DNA of 64,000 nt from assembly GCA_047601445.1 (NCBI GenBank), contig JASGJH010000001.1, positions 8,864,001 through 8,928,000 of the forward strand, read 5' to 3'. The DNA is from Myxococcales bacterium (GTDB lineage Bacteria; Myxococcota_A; Polyangia; Polyangiales; DASUME01). Positions within the stretch are counted from its first letter, which is position 1; every line of letters starts with the position of its first letter. Both the position numbers and the translations under genes were made by a program. Below are positions 1 to 10,293 of the stretch, in pieces. The notes under the pieces were generated by a model. It searched no databases. It saw only the letters and a program-made list of their open reading frames with translations, and had not been told where the DNA came from.

Positions 1-2
1 AG

Positions 3-1265
3 TCGCTCATTCTATGGTCCAGTGCTGCCCTGCTCTCGCTCGCGGCCTGCAACGATGAGGCCCAAGAGGGCATCCCGCTGCTCAGCGGCAAGCCGGCGTT
101 CGCAGTGCAGCTCTCGAACTTCAACGACTCCGCCGGCGTCGCCCTGATCGATGGCGAAGGCAAGCTGCTCGAGGCGAAGTATCTCTCGTCGGGCAGCGCC
201 CTGCCTGGCTTGAACGCCGCGATCCCGAGCGACATCGCGTTGCCCTCCACGCCCTGCGGCGAGGGCGACACCCTGACGTTGCTCGCGCGCTTGATGGGCG
301 ACTTCGTGCTGCAGGTGAACCTCGACGACAGCTCCGTGATCGACCAGTTCCGTACCCAGACGTCCACTGGCGACACGGCCTACTCCAGCAACCCTCAGGA
401 TCTCTTGTGCCTTGGCGACGGCCGCGCCGTCGTCAGCCGCCTCGGACACAACGAGGGCGCGGCGCCCACCGACCTCGACCGCGGCGACGACCTCGTGGTG
501 GTGGACCTCGCGAAGGGCCAGCTCCTCTCGCGCATCGACCTCGGCGCCTACCAGGGCCAGGTCACCGCGACCGACTACGACACCAACGCCGAAGTCGTCG
601 AGACCACCTTCGCCAGCCCCGGCAGCATCGTCGCGGTCGGACCCAAGCACGCCATCGTCGGTCTCTCGCGCCTCAGCGCCAACTTCAACGCCAACACCGT
701 GGGCCAGGTGGCGCTGCTCGATCTCGACGCGCTGACCACCAAGCCGTTCGCGATCGACGGCCTCGCGAACTGCGGCTCCGTGTATCGCGTGCCGGGTCGC
801 GACGACGCCGCAATCGTGCAGTGCGCCGGCGCCTACTACGGTAACCCCGACAACTCCGGCCTGGCCCTGGTCTCGGTGACCAATGGCGAAGCCAAGGTCG
901 AGAACGTGTTCAAGGTGGCCCTCGAAGGCGTGTCGTTGAGCAGCTCGCCCACGCCCCTCGGCGGCACCCGCGTGATCGCCACCACCGCCAACTTCGCCAA
1001 GAAGCCCGACGGCACGCGTACCGCCGACAAGGCCTACGTGGTCGACCTCAAGGACGGCAGCTACCAGGAGCTCTTCACCGCTTCCACCGCGGGCGACATC
1101 GGTTCTGGATCCGTTCGCGCCGATACGGGCCTCGTGCTGGTGCCCGATCTCAGCGCCGGTATCCGCGTGTTCGAGCTCAAGGATGACCAGCTGACGGCGA
1201 AGGACTCGCTGCCCATCGATCCGGTCGTGCCGGCCCGCAACATCCGCCCGCTGTACGCGTTCTGA
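3..1265 (+). CDS. Lipoprotein, probable beta-propeller (5'-truncated by window edge)
   Basis: Frame of ORF 105..1265 is open back to nt 3 and reads SLILWSSAALLSLAAC-NDE (lipobox LAAC). Repeated short beta-strand motifs (LVVVDL, VALLDL, AYVVDL, NPQDL). Confidence 0.7.
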   Translation, partial: SLILWSSAALLSLAACNDEAQEGIPLLSGKPAFAVQLSNFNDSAGVALIDGEGKLLEAKYLSSGSALPGLNAAIPSDIALPSTPCGEGDTLTLLARLMGDFVLQVNLDDSSVIDQFRTQTSTGDTAYSSNPQDLLCLGDGRAVVSRLGHNEGAAPTDLDRGDDLVVVDLAKGQLLSRIDLGAYQGQVTATDYDTNAEVVETTFASPGSIVAVGPKHAIVGLSRLSANFNANTVGQVALLDLDALTTKPFAIDGLANCGSVYRVPGRDDAAIVQCAGAYYGNPDNSGLALVSVTNGEAKVENVFKVALEGVSLSSSPTPLGGTRVIATTANFAKKPDGTRTADKAYVVDLKDGSYQELFTASTAGDIGSGSVRADTGLVLVPDLSAGIRVFELKDDQLTAKDSLPIDPVVPARNIRPLYAF

Positions 1266-1300
1266 GCGCCCCTCGCGGCGGCGGTCTCGAGCAGCGCGGC

Positions 1301-2785
1301 TCAGAACGCGAAGTCGAGATAGCCGCCGAGCGCGAGGATGCGCAGGTTGTAGGTACCGTTGCCGAGGTCGTAGTCCGAGCTCGCCACGCGCCGCTCGAGG
1401 ATGGTCTGTAGCTGTCCGTCGAGCAGAATGCGCACGTTGTCCGTGAGACGTTGCGATAGGCCGAGCGCCGCGTGCACACGCGTGCCGTCGGGCGACGCCA
1501 TGTCGATGGTGCTATCGGGACTGGCTCCGGTCTCGATGCCGAGCATCCCCCAGACCGCCAGCTCCTCCGAGACCAGGTAGCGCAATCGTGTACGCACGCC
1601 GTAGGTGTCGCGCCAGGCGCGCGCCAGCTTGAGGCCAGTCGACGAGGGCAAACCGAGCATGGGCTGCGCCAGCGAGGGCGACTTGATGCGAACGTCGAAG
1701 TTGTCCACCGAGGACCAGCCCGTGTAGCTGCCTTCGAGGCTCACGTTGACCTGCCGCTCATCGCCCATCTGCTCGCCGAACCCGTAGCGAATGCCGTAGC
1801 GCACCGTGCGCGGCAGCGTGAAGGCAAGCGACGCTTTGCCCTTCACCAGAGCCGGATACTTGAGGCCCTGGCTCTGCAGATCCTGGGTGAAGAATGGATC
1901 GTCCATGTCGAGCGTGAAGTCGCCCCGGAACGTCATCTTGGTGGTGTGCTCGTAGCTCGCCGCCAGCCACAAATCCTTGAGTGGCTGAGCGGTGATACCC
2001 GCGCTGAACGTGAAGCCGTTCGCCACGCCGTTCTTGAAGTGGAAGGGCCGCGCCATGGTGTCGAGCTCGCGTACACCGGGATCGGCGTTGGGACCGAAGC
2101 TGTTGCTCTGGCCGATGGGCGGGCGGGCGAGCGCGTCACCCAGGTCGCTCAAGGTCGCCAGGTCCTGGGTCTTGGCCAGGTCCGCATATCCCATCACGTA
2201 GGAGACGCCGAGACCGATGGAGAGCTCTTCGATAGGCTGATAAGCGATGGTCGGCGTGAACTGGCCTGCCGCGATGAAGGCGTCGGTGAGCTGGAAGCGC
2301 TGCGGACCGTTCTTGGGCAAGTGCAGCATTGCCGCGTAGGGTACGTAGATGCCCAGGCCCACGACCAGCGGCAGATCCCCGAGCTGGGTCGATCCGAAGA
2401 TGCTCGGCACGAGTCCCACGGGTCGATCGCTCACCTCGCGCTCTTTGCCGCGCTTCTTGGGATCCACCAGGCTCGGGTCGATGGGCAGGGCGAAGTCGAG
2501 GGAGTCGCTGTACTGGTAGGTTGCGAAGCGCTCGCGCTGATAGCTCAGTTTGCCGATCAGGATGTTGCCACCGCCGATCACGCGGGTGCCCTTCACGAAG
2601 CCGATGCCCGCCGGGTTCTGTGCGAGTACCGAGGGATCCGTGGTGGTCGTGACGCCGGTGCTGCTCGGCCCCACGCTCGGCGCGGCAAAGCCCGAGGCTT
2701 GGACCTTTTGGAGCGGGCCCGTGAGTGTGAACGCACCCACGGAGAGGGCCGCCAAAATGCTCTTGAGTGAACGCAAACGAACCAC
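1301..2785 (-). CDS. OmpP1/FadL-family outer-membrane channel for hydrophobic compounds
   Basis: Signal peptide, N-terminal NPAG motif (AQNPAGI), GLGIYVPY, amphipathic beta-strands, C-terminal YLDFAF beta-signal. Confidence 0.85.
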   Translation of the reverse strand: MVRLRSLKSILAALSVGAFTLTGPLQKVQASGFAAPSVGPSSTGVTTTTDPSVLAQNPAGIGFVKGTRVIGGGNILIGKLSYQRERFATYQYSDSLDFALPIDPSLVDPKKRGKEREVSDRPVGLVPSIFGSTQLGDLPLVVGLGIYVPYAAMLHLPKNGPQRFQLTDAFIAAGQFTPTIAYQPIEELSIGLGVSYVMGYADLAKTQDLATLSDLGDALARPPIGQSNSFGPNADPGVRELDTMARPFHFKNGVANGFTFSAGITAQPLKDLWLAASYEHTTKMTFRGDFTLDMDDPFFTQDLQSQGLKYPALVKGKASLAFTLPRTVRYGIRYGFGEQMGDERQVNVSLEGSYTGWSSVDNFDVRIKSPSLAQPMLGLPSSTGLKLARAWRDTYGVRTRLRYLVSEELAVWGMLGIETGASPDSTIDMASPDGTRVHAALGLSQRLTDNVRILLDGQLQTILERRVASSDYDLGNGTYNLRILALGGYLDFAF

Positions 2786-2788
2786 CCT

Positions 2789-4531
2789 TCAGCGCACGCG
2801 TGTGATGGTGAGATGCCTTCGATTGGGGCTCGGCTTGCCACCGGCCGTCAGCTTGAACACGGCGCCGGCATCGTCGCTCATGTAGAGCTCCGGATGGTCG
2901 TCGAGCCGCACTTTCTCGTGGTCGGTGTCGCCGTCGAGCGGCAACAGCGAGCTCACCTTGTTGGTGAGCGCGGCGTCGCTGAAGAAGCCGATCTGCGTGT
3001 AGTTGTAGGGGCGCACGGGTTGCCCCTGGTCGTCCACGGCGATGTCGTCCTGATTCACGAAGAACAACCAATCCCCCTGGAGGCTCGCCAGATTGCTGGG
3101 GCTGCTACGGTAGTAGTAGAAGTCCGCCGCGCCCTCGGTGGTGTCGATGATCTCCTCGGCGATATCGAGCAGCGAGTACGGGTTCTGCTGCAGGTTTTGT
3201 CGCATGAGCTGCTCGAGCGTGGCGGTGTCGGTGCCCACCGGGATGTTCTCGAGCTTGAACTCGACGTTGGCAGTGCCTTCGGGCAGGTTGCCGTCGTGCA
3301 AACGCACCTGAGCGATCTCGAGCAGCATGTCCCAGACGTACGAGGACGGCGGCGGCGAACCGAGACCACCTTGCACGGAGATGGTCTGCCATCCCTTCTC
3401 GACCACGGCTTTGAAGATGGGATCGTTCTTGCCGGGCGACGTGTAGCTGACCTCGCTAGAAAGGTCCGAGAAGGCGCGCTGCGCGGCACCGATGAGTACG
3501 CGCTCCAGGGTCCAGGGCGGGAGCTCCCAGGCAGGGGAAGAGCCGATGCCGGTGGGGACGGGCGTGCGACCGCCCTCTACGAAGCCGTCCGACTCCACGA
3601 TGCGGAACGAGAGCTGGTCGATCTTCGGGATGCCCTCCACCAGGCCCTCCACGCGCAACCAGTTGGGATCGTCGAAGTCGAACAGTGCCTTGATCTGACT
3701 GCGCACCGAGTTGACGCTCGTGTCGGAGCCGTTGGTCAGGTCGATGCCCTTGTAGGGCAAGGCGTTCGCGTTGGCGCGCACCGTGATCGCAAAATCGTCG
3801 GTGAGTACGCTGGCACGGGTCTGACCCGCCACGAAGCCCGGATGGGTGACGCCGTTCTTTTCATACGGTCCGAAGCGCTCCCCGAGGCTCACGAAGTCGC
3901 TGGCGACGTCACCCAAGGTGACCGGGATGGCGCCCTGGGCGACCGGGTACATGCCGTCGGGATGCTCCTCGGTGATGGGGCCGGCACGCATGCGCGTGTT
4001 CGGGTGCGTCATGATCACTTGGTCGAGCACCGTCTGAGCCACGATGCGGTCGGACAGGAAGGGATCTTCCACGTTGATATGGAACAGATCCGCCAACACC
4101 TGTTCGGGGGCCACGCCGAGTAGCGGCGCCAGATCGATCAAGCGTTCGATGTCGGTTCCCGTGAGCACCGCGGTGTCGGGTGTCATCGTGAGCAAGGCCT
4201 GCATATTCCGCTCCGCTTGGCCGAGCGTGTTGGGATCGAGGGCGCGGATCGCAGCCAGCGAGTTGTCGAGCAGCTGCGGTGAGCTAGCGCCGCTCGAGAG
4301 ATCCAGATCGAGCAGCCACAGGCGCTCCTGGGCGTCCTTGGGTAGCGCCAAGATGTCGGCGCGGGTCAGGCGCTTCTCGAAGTTGCTCACGTCGAAGCGC
4401 AAGAAGCGCAGCTCCACCTCGCGCGTCTCGCTGACGCCGATCTTGGTAGGCTCGGGGCTCAGCACTGGATCGGGACCTGAGCAAGCACTCAGACCCAACA
4501 CGAACCAGCTCACGGTCAGGGCGCGTCTCAC
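2789..4531 (-). CDS. Lipoprotein of unknown function, paralogue 3 (shared domain only, 580 aa)
   Basis: Lipobox LSAC. Motifs MTPD, THPN, HPGF, WDMLLEIAQVRLHD, ADFYY, HEKV are shared with the two upstream genes. GTGA overlap with the upstream stop. Confidence 0.8.
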   Translation of the reverse strand: MRRALTVSWFVLGLSACSGPDPVLSPEPTKIGVSETREVELRFLRFDVSNFEKRLTRADILALPKDAQERLWLLDLDLSSGASSPQLLDNSLAAIRALDPNTLGQAERNMQALLTMTPDTAVLTGTDIERLIDLAPLLGVAPEQVLADLFHINVEDPFLSDRIVAQTVLDQVIMTHPNTRMRAGPITEEHPDGMYPVAQGAIPVTLGDVASDFVSLGERFGPYEKNGVTHPGFVAGQTRASVLTDDFAITVRANANALPYKGIDLTNGSDTSVNSVRSQIKALFDFDDPNWLRVEGLVEGIPKIDQLSFRIVESDGFVEGGRTPVPTGIGSSPAWELPPWTLERVLIGAAQRAFSDLSSEVSYTSPGKNDPIFKAVVEKGWQTISVQGGLGSPPPSSYVWDMLLEIAQVRLHDGNLPEGTANVEFKLENIPVGTDTATLEQLMRQNLQQNPYSLLDIAEEIIDTTEGAADFYYYRSSPSNLASLQGDWLFFVNQDDIAVDDQGQPVRPYNYTQIGFFSDAALTNKVSSLLPLDGDTDHEKVRLDDHPELYMSDDAGAVFKLTAGGKPSPNRRHLTITRVR

Positions 4532-7164
4532 TGCAACACTCCCGCGGGACTCACCTGCACACCGACGCGGTTGCCGTCGCGCTGCACGATCTCAATCTGG
4601 AACGGTTCACCCTTTTCGTCCGCCGCGTAGTACTTGGCCCCCACGGTGGCGGGCACCTTCTCGTGCGTGGAGTCGTTTGCGCCGCCCAGCGGAGCGAGCG
4701 TGGAGACCTTCTGCGTGAGCGCGGCATCGCCGAAGAAGCCCGGCGTGGGGTAGGCGTAGGCGCCTTCGCTGTCGCCCGCGGCGCGGAACAGGAGCACACC
4801 GTCTGCGCCATCCACCGGCTCGTAGAAGAAGTCTGCGCTCGACGCGGCCAAGCCGAGATCGCCCACGAACAGCTCGGAGAGCTTGGTCTCCTGCTCGGCC
4901 AATCGTGGGCGAAGCTTCTCCACGAGCTGGTCGGCCGTGAGGCCGATCGACAGGTCGTTGAGCGTGAAGGCCATGTCGGCCATGCCCTCGGCCACACCAT
5001 TATCGTGCAGGCGCACCTGGGCGACCTCCATCAGCAGATCCCACGCGTAGATATCGGGCGGCACGTTGCCGATGTTGCCCGCAGTCTCCACGTGCACCCA
5101 ACCGTGGTCCCAGCCGATCACCGCAGCGTCCTTAATGGAGCCCGCGTCGTAGTGGAGCTCGTGCTTGTAGCTGGTGTTGGCATAGGCATCGAAGAACATG
5201 CGGTAGCCGATTTCCACCGTGGCGTGCTCGAAGAACCAGGGACTCACGGCGTAGCCCTGGCTATTGCCGCGATAGAACCCTGGATGCGCCGCGTCCGGAC
5301 TCGCGTACCGGTTGGTGCCGCCTTTGAGCATGGCGCCTGGCGCTTCCTTGAGGCGGATGCGCAGGTTGACCGTGGGCTCGTCCTTCAGGCCCACCACGGA
5401 GAACTGGTCCTCGAGCACGTTGAAGTCCAGCACGCGATCGCCGTTGAGCAGGAAGAAGAAGTCCTTGCTCGAGCGACTCAAGTCGACCGCATCGTACTGC
5501 ACCAGGTTCGAGTGCACGGGCAGCGAGAGCAAGAAGCCCGACTCGAGCACCTCCGAGTAGCTCTGGCCGTCCAAGAAGCCCGGGTGCGCACCAGCGGGGC
5601 CGAAGCGCGGGGCCAGCGTGGTCAGGTTCTGCAGCACGTCGTACAGGCTGATGTCGATGACGTAGGCGCCGTTCGCGTCCTGCTGGATGTTCGGATGGGT
5701 GCCGATCAACTTCTCGGTCAGCACGTCTGCCGCGACGTCCGGGTCGACGATGAAATCCGTGATACCCCTGCCGAGCAGCTGCGAGAGGATGCGCGGCGAG
5801 GGCAGACCGACCGCATTGGCCACGTTGAGGAGATCCTCGATGGACGTGCCGCTCAAGTCCGCCGTGTCGGGCGTCATGTTCAGGATGCGCTGCAAGTTCT
5901 TCTCGGCGCTGCCCCAAGCGGAGGTGTCCACGCCGAAGCGCTCGGGCTCGCGAATGCGCTCCAGCGCCTGTTTGATCGACGGCTTGAGGTCCACCTGCAC
6001 CACCGACAGGCTCTTCTGGTCCGCTTCGTCGAGCAGGTCCTCCAGGTTGAAGCGATCCATCTCGATCTGGGTCTCGCCGGCGTTGCGGCGCGGCTCACCC
6101 AGCCACAGCATGCGCTGGCGAGTCAGCGAGAGATCCACACGGTTCTCGTTGCCCGCTCGATCGCGCGCTACCACCTCGAAGGCGTTGATGCCCTGGGCCA
6201 GGAGCAAGTTGGCCTTCCACGGAGAGAGCGCACCCAGCTCGAGCAGCGCGCCATCGGCCGCCTGGATCTCGACCTGTTCGATGCCACTCGGATCACTGGC
6301 CGTGCCCTCGACCTCCAAAGAAGCGGCGGTCGTCTCGCGCGCACTGGAGGTGACTTCGAGCAGGGGCGGGGTGCTGTCCTGGGTTACCACGAACTGCGCC
6401 ATCGTGCTGCGCTGGTCGGGGTCGCGCGCCTCCACCTCGATGGTGTTCTCCACGTTCTCGGCCAGCGTGAGCGGCAGCGCGAAGGCTCCGTTGGCATCGA
6501 GTTGGGGCGACATGCGAGGGCCGTCCGCGAGGCCCAGAAACACCTCGGCGCCCGCGATCTTGCCGCTGCTGGTGGAGACTTGTCCCGTGACGCAGACCTG
6601 CTTCACCGAGGTGACCGCATCGCGCAGCTCGCTGGTCTCGCTACAGGGATTGCCGCGGTCCACCGCCGCCTGGGAGGGCCTGCGCACGCTGATCCTCAGG
6701 CCCGGCGCCTCACCGCGGTACTCGAGGGCGTAGACGAGCCGGCGCACCCGGGTCTGGTCCTCGGTCTCGACGCGGATCAAGAGGCGGTTGGTGCCATGCG
6801 TGAGCGGGACCTTGAGCCGGAAACGCTGGTCGGGTCCGGGTTCGCCTTCCGAGGCTGCGGGCCGCATGTCCACCGCTTGATCCACGCCGGTGGCGTCCTT
6901 CTCGAGGCGTCCGATGAACACACGCAGCGGCAACCGCGGCTCGGCTTCGGAGTAGGCCGCCACCACGAACTCCGGCACCGCGCCCTCGAAGGTCTCGGAC
7001 AGCTTCGGATGCTCCACCCAGGCATAGAGCCCACCTTCTTCGGTGGGGGTAGAGAGCGAAGTCGGATCACCGTAGTCCCGCGGTGTGAACTCCGAGGCAC
7101 AACCTTGAACTCCCGACACCAGATACGCGCCGAGGAGCAGACGCCACCAAGCCGAACCCATCAC
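4528..7164 (-). CDS. Lipoprotein with Ig-like repeats plus shared domain, paralogue 2 (878 aa)
   Basis: Lipobox VQGC. Ig-like segments (LTLAENVENTIEVEARD, DSTPP, GTASDPSGI, GINAFEVVARDRAGN), then the shared C-terminal domain. Confidence 0.8.
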   Translation of the reverse strand: MMGSAWWRLLLGAYLVSGVQGCASEFTPRDYGDPTSLSTPTEEGGLYAWVEHPKLSETFEGAVPEFVVAAYSEAEPRLPLRVFIGRLEKDATGVDQAVDMRPAASEGEPGPDQRFRLKVPLTHGTNRLLIRVETEDQTRVRRLVYALEYRGEAPGLRISVRRPSQAAVDRGNPCSETSELRDAVTSVKQVCVTGQVSTSSGKIAGAEVFLGLADGPRMSPQLDANGAFALPLTLAENVENTIEVEARDPDQRSTMAQFVVTQDSTPPLLEVTSSARETTAASLEVEGTASDPSGIEQVEIQAADGALLELGALSPWKANLLLAQGINAFEVVARDRAGNENRVDLSLTRQRMLWLGEPRRNAGETQIEMDRFNLEDLLDEADQKSLSVVQVDLKPSIKQALERIREPERFGVDTSAWGSAEKNLQRILNMTPDTADLSGTSIEDLLNVANAVGLPSPRILSQLLGRGITDFIVDPDVAADVLTEKLIGTHPNIQQDANGAYVIDISLYDVLQNLTTLAPRFGPAGAHPGFLDGQSYSEVLESGFLLSLPVHSNLVQYDAVDLSRSSKDFFFLLNGDRVLDFNVLEDQFSVVGLKDEPTVNLRIRLKEAPGAMLKGGTNRYASPDAAHPGFYRGNSQGYAVSPWFFEHATVEIGYRMFFDAYANTSYKHELHYDAGSIKDAAVIGWDHGWVHVETAGNIGNVPPDIYAWDLLMEVAQVRLHDNGVAEGMADMAFTLNDLSIGLTADQLVEKLRPRLAEQETKLSELFVGDLGLAASSADFFYEPVDGADGVLLFRAAGDSEGAYAYPTPGFFGDAALTQKVSTLAPLGGANDSTHEKVPATVGAKYYAADEKGEPFQIEIVQRDGNRVGVQVSPAGVLQ

Positions 7165-9924
7165 TGCACCTTCTTGGACGCGTAGACGCGGATCTCGGTG
7201 GGATCGGCCTCGGCTACGAAGCGCAATCGGTACACCTGGTTGAGATCGTCACGCATGTAGACCGTGGTTTCGCCGGTGGCCAGGCTGAGCTTCTCGTGCG
7301 CGCTGTCGCCGGAGGTCCCGGCGGCGGTGTTGCTGAGCTTGGTGCCCAGGGTTTCGTCGGCGAAGAAGCCGGGCTTCGTGTAGTTGTAGACGCCGCTCGG
7401 CAGCGGATCACCGGCCGCGGCGAAGAACAAGTACGGCTTACTGTCCGCGCCGCGCTTGTAGTAGAAGTCCACCGCGCCGTTGTTCTTCTTGTAGTCGCCG
7501 AGCAGCTTGTCGCTGAGCACGTTGCGCTGCTTCTGCAGCTCGTCGGCGGTGGCGTCGCGGATTTGCGCGGCGGTGAGGCCGACCGGGATGTTGTAGAGCG
7601 TGAAGGCCACGTCGGCAGCACCTTCGGCGATGGTGGTGTTGCCGATATGGTGCAGCGCGTTCTGACCGATACCGAGGATCAGCTCCCAGACGTACTGAGG
7701 GTCGGGCGGATTGCCCAGGCCGGCAACGGAGTAGAACTTGGTCCAGCCCGCTGGATCGGTGCCTTGTCCCACGCTGATGTCAGCCGCCCTGTCGATAAGG
7801 AGCCACGAGTACTTGTTGTAGGTCCGCAGGTTCGCGTACTCGACGAGGGCGGCGCCCGTCAGCAGGTACTCGAGCTGCCACTTGGGCGTGCTCCACACGT
7901 AGGGGAGCGGCTTGGGCTGGCTCGGAGAGTTGTTGGTCATGCACGCGTTGCCCTCGCAGGACGGCACGAGCGCGTCGTTCTCGAGGACCTTCATCTTGAG
8001 GTTGACGGTGGGCGCGGCGGTGAGGCCCTGGATGTCGAACTTGCTGGCGTTCTTGAAGTCGAACTCGAGCACGTCATCGCGGGTCGCACCCGTGGTGTCC
8101 ACCACCAGCGCGATGTAGTCCTTGCCCGGTCGCGTGCCGTCGCCCGACAGGTCGATGCCGTCGAACCACTTGAGGTTGGAGGTCGCTACCAGGGTCATCT
8201 TGAAGTTGGGACCGAACACCACCGAGGTGGTCTGGAAGCTCGGGTCCAGGACGCCGGGGTGCCCACCGGAAGGGCCCAAGAGCGCTGGCAATGTCTTTAG
8301 ATCGTTCATCGCATCGTAGAGCGTGATCGGGATCTTGGCGCCGGGGAGGATCGCAGGATGACTCTGCATCCAGTACTGCTGCAGGGACGAGACCACCGAG
8401 TTGGTGGTGATGATCTCGCGCGTCTTGGGGATCGCAAGCACATCGGCCAGGATCTGGTTGAAGCCGCCGCCGAGGCCCAGCAGGTTCGCGAGCCCTTCGA
8501 GCTCGCCCACGCTGCTGCCCGCCACCATCGCGTTGGCAGGGGTCATGGTCAACAGACGCACGAAGCTGTACTCAGGCGTGTTCTTCCAGTTCGAGCCGTA
8601 GCTCTGGCCCAGAGAAGTGACGGTGCAGTCGTGTTGAGGATCCTTGTTGTCCTGCGTCCACTTCGTGCCACAGCTGGCCTTGATGTTGTTCACCGAGGTT
8701 TGAAGCAAGGTCGTCGTGTCGAGCTGCAATACGCGGATGTCCTTCTGCACGTCGGCCGCGATCACCTCGTTGACGCCCTCCTTGTCGAGGTCGAAGTGCA
8801 GCGTGGGCGGCGCGGTGTCTTCGCGCAGGCGCAGCGGGATGGCGACCTCGTCCGTCCAGGCCGGCTGGAAGGTGTTGAGTACGTGCACGTCGACGCCCGT
8901 GGCGAGGCCGCTCAGGTCGATGGCGCGCACCTCGATTCTGAAGTGGGCCCGGCTTGATCGGTAGGTCCACGTGCCAGGTTTGAAAGCCGTCGTCCGTCTC
9001 GGCGACCACGTACTCGCTCCAGGTGAGCTCGCCCGTGGCGTCCTTGGGGATGCCCACGCGCGCCTTCACCTCGCGCAAGCCCACCGCGTCCGATGCCGTG
9101 CCGGTCACCGTGACGACCGCGGTCGCGATCGTGCTGGCTTCGGCCGGAGCGCTCACGCTCAGCATGGGCGGATCGCGATCGACCTCCGCACGACCGGTCA
9201 GAGTGATGCTGGCCTGGCCCTCGTGTCCGGCGGCGTCGCGCGCGATGAAGGTCAGGACGTTGCTCTCACCAGGCAACAGCGGCACCAGACGCGACCAGCT
9301 GGCGAAGAAGTTGTCCGTCTCGACGAAGCGCTCCTTGAGCAGCTCTCCGTTGCGCAGCACGTCCATCGAGATCACGGCGCGATCGTCCGTCGCCGTACCG
9401 CTCACCAGCACCAGCGCGTGCAAGGGCGCGCTGCCGTCGGGCGGAGCCAACACTTGGACCACGGGCGTGGCATCGTCGGCGCTGTTGCCGGGACCAATCA
9501 AAGCGATGCGATCAGGGTTGCTCTTCTGCTGCGCGACGTCGCGTGCTTCGGCCTCCACGAAGAACATGCCGCCCGGGACCTGACTCTCGATCCACCAGTG
9601 CCGGAAGTTGTCGTCAGTGTTCGCGAGGAGTGCCACGTTGGGGCCCACCTTCACGAACACGCTCGCCACGCCGAGGTCGTCGCTGCTGGTGCCCTCGATG
9701 CGCAGCGGGCTGGTCACGGAGGCACCGGTAGTCGGCGTGGTGATGTGGACCGTCGGCAATGCGTCCTGCGGGCCGGTTGCCGCATCGCTGTGCGGGCCGG
9801 CATCGGAAATCCCGATTCCACCGTCTGGCCGTAGTACCGGCCCTTCCAATTCGACGGCTGCGCACCCGCCAGCGAGGACAAGGGCGGCAAGAGCGGGTGA
9901 AAAGGGGGGGCGCGAGCGGGTCAC
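7161..9924 (-). pseudogene. Lipoprotein with Ig-like repeats plus shared domain, paralogue 1; split by one extra base at ~8936-8945 (possibly a sequencing error; ~920 aa if repaired)
   Basis: ORF 8572..9924 (lipobox AGGC; three repeats of the GT(S/A)xDD..V type) degenerates after KPGPLQ. Removing one base from ccactt-cagaatcgag gives ...GPLQIEVRAIDL, joining ORF 7161..8930. Confidence 0.75.
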
Positions 9925-10049
9925 GTGACGCTCCGGTGGCTAAGGACAAGCAACGGAAGGTTTCGGGCCCACTATATCCAAGCTCTTGCGCCGGCGGAAA
10001 GCACGGCTGCGTGTGAACAAGGCGCGCACAAGTAATGGTCGGAGGGCGT

Positions 10050-10135
10050 TTCGTGAGCGTAGCGAACCTCGTGGTGGGGTGGGTCCCCGCGCGGCTTTGC
10101 CGCGCGGGGCGGGGAGGGCGCGTGCCCTCCCCGTG
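10050..10135. repeat. Intergenic two-hairpin repeat element, copy A
   Basis: tcgtgagcg..agcgaacctcg.ggtggggtggg leader, then hairpins ccccgcgcggc-ttt-gccgcgcgggg and cggggagggc-gcgt-gccctccccg. Homologous to 20225-20308. Confidence 0.8.
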
Positions 10136-10293
10136 AAGTCAAAGCGGGCCGAGCCCTGCTTTCGCTATCGAGCCTGCGGCGGAAAGGTGCTATCCCCTGC
10201 GCCAGCACCTTCGGGCCCAGGGCCCTGGGTCAGGTCGCAGGGGTCGCAAGCACAGAGCTCAGGGCCCATCTGAATCGGAAGAAGGAGACGGCA

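Noticed and set aside
4663..7185. Long antisense ORFs (also 23531..25693, 39387..41276, 41381..43684, 48051..50339, 54893..56476)
   Set aside because: They mirror real genes on the opposite strand, which is expected in high-GC DNA, and carry no recognisable motifs.
8930..8950. Programmed ribosomal frameshift or phase variation
   Set aside because: No slippery heptamer, long homopolymer or short tandem repeat at the site.
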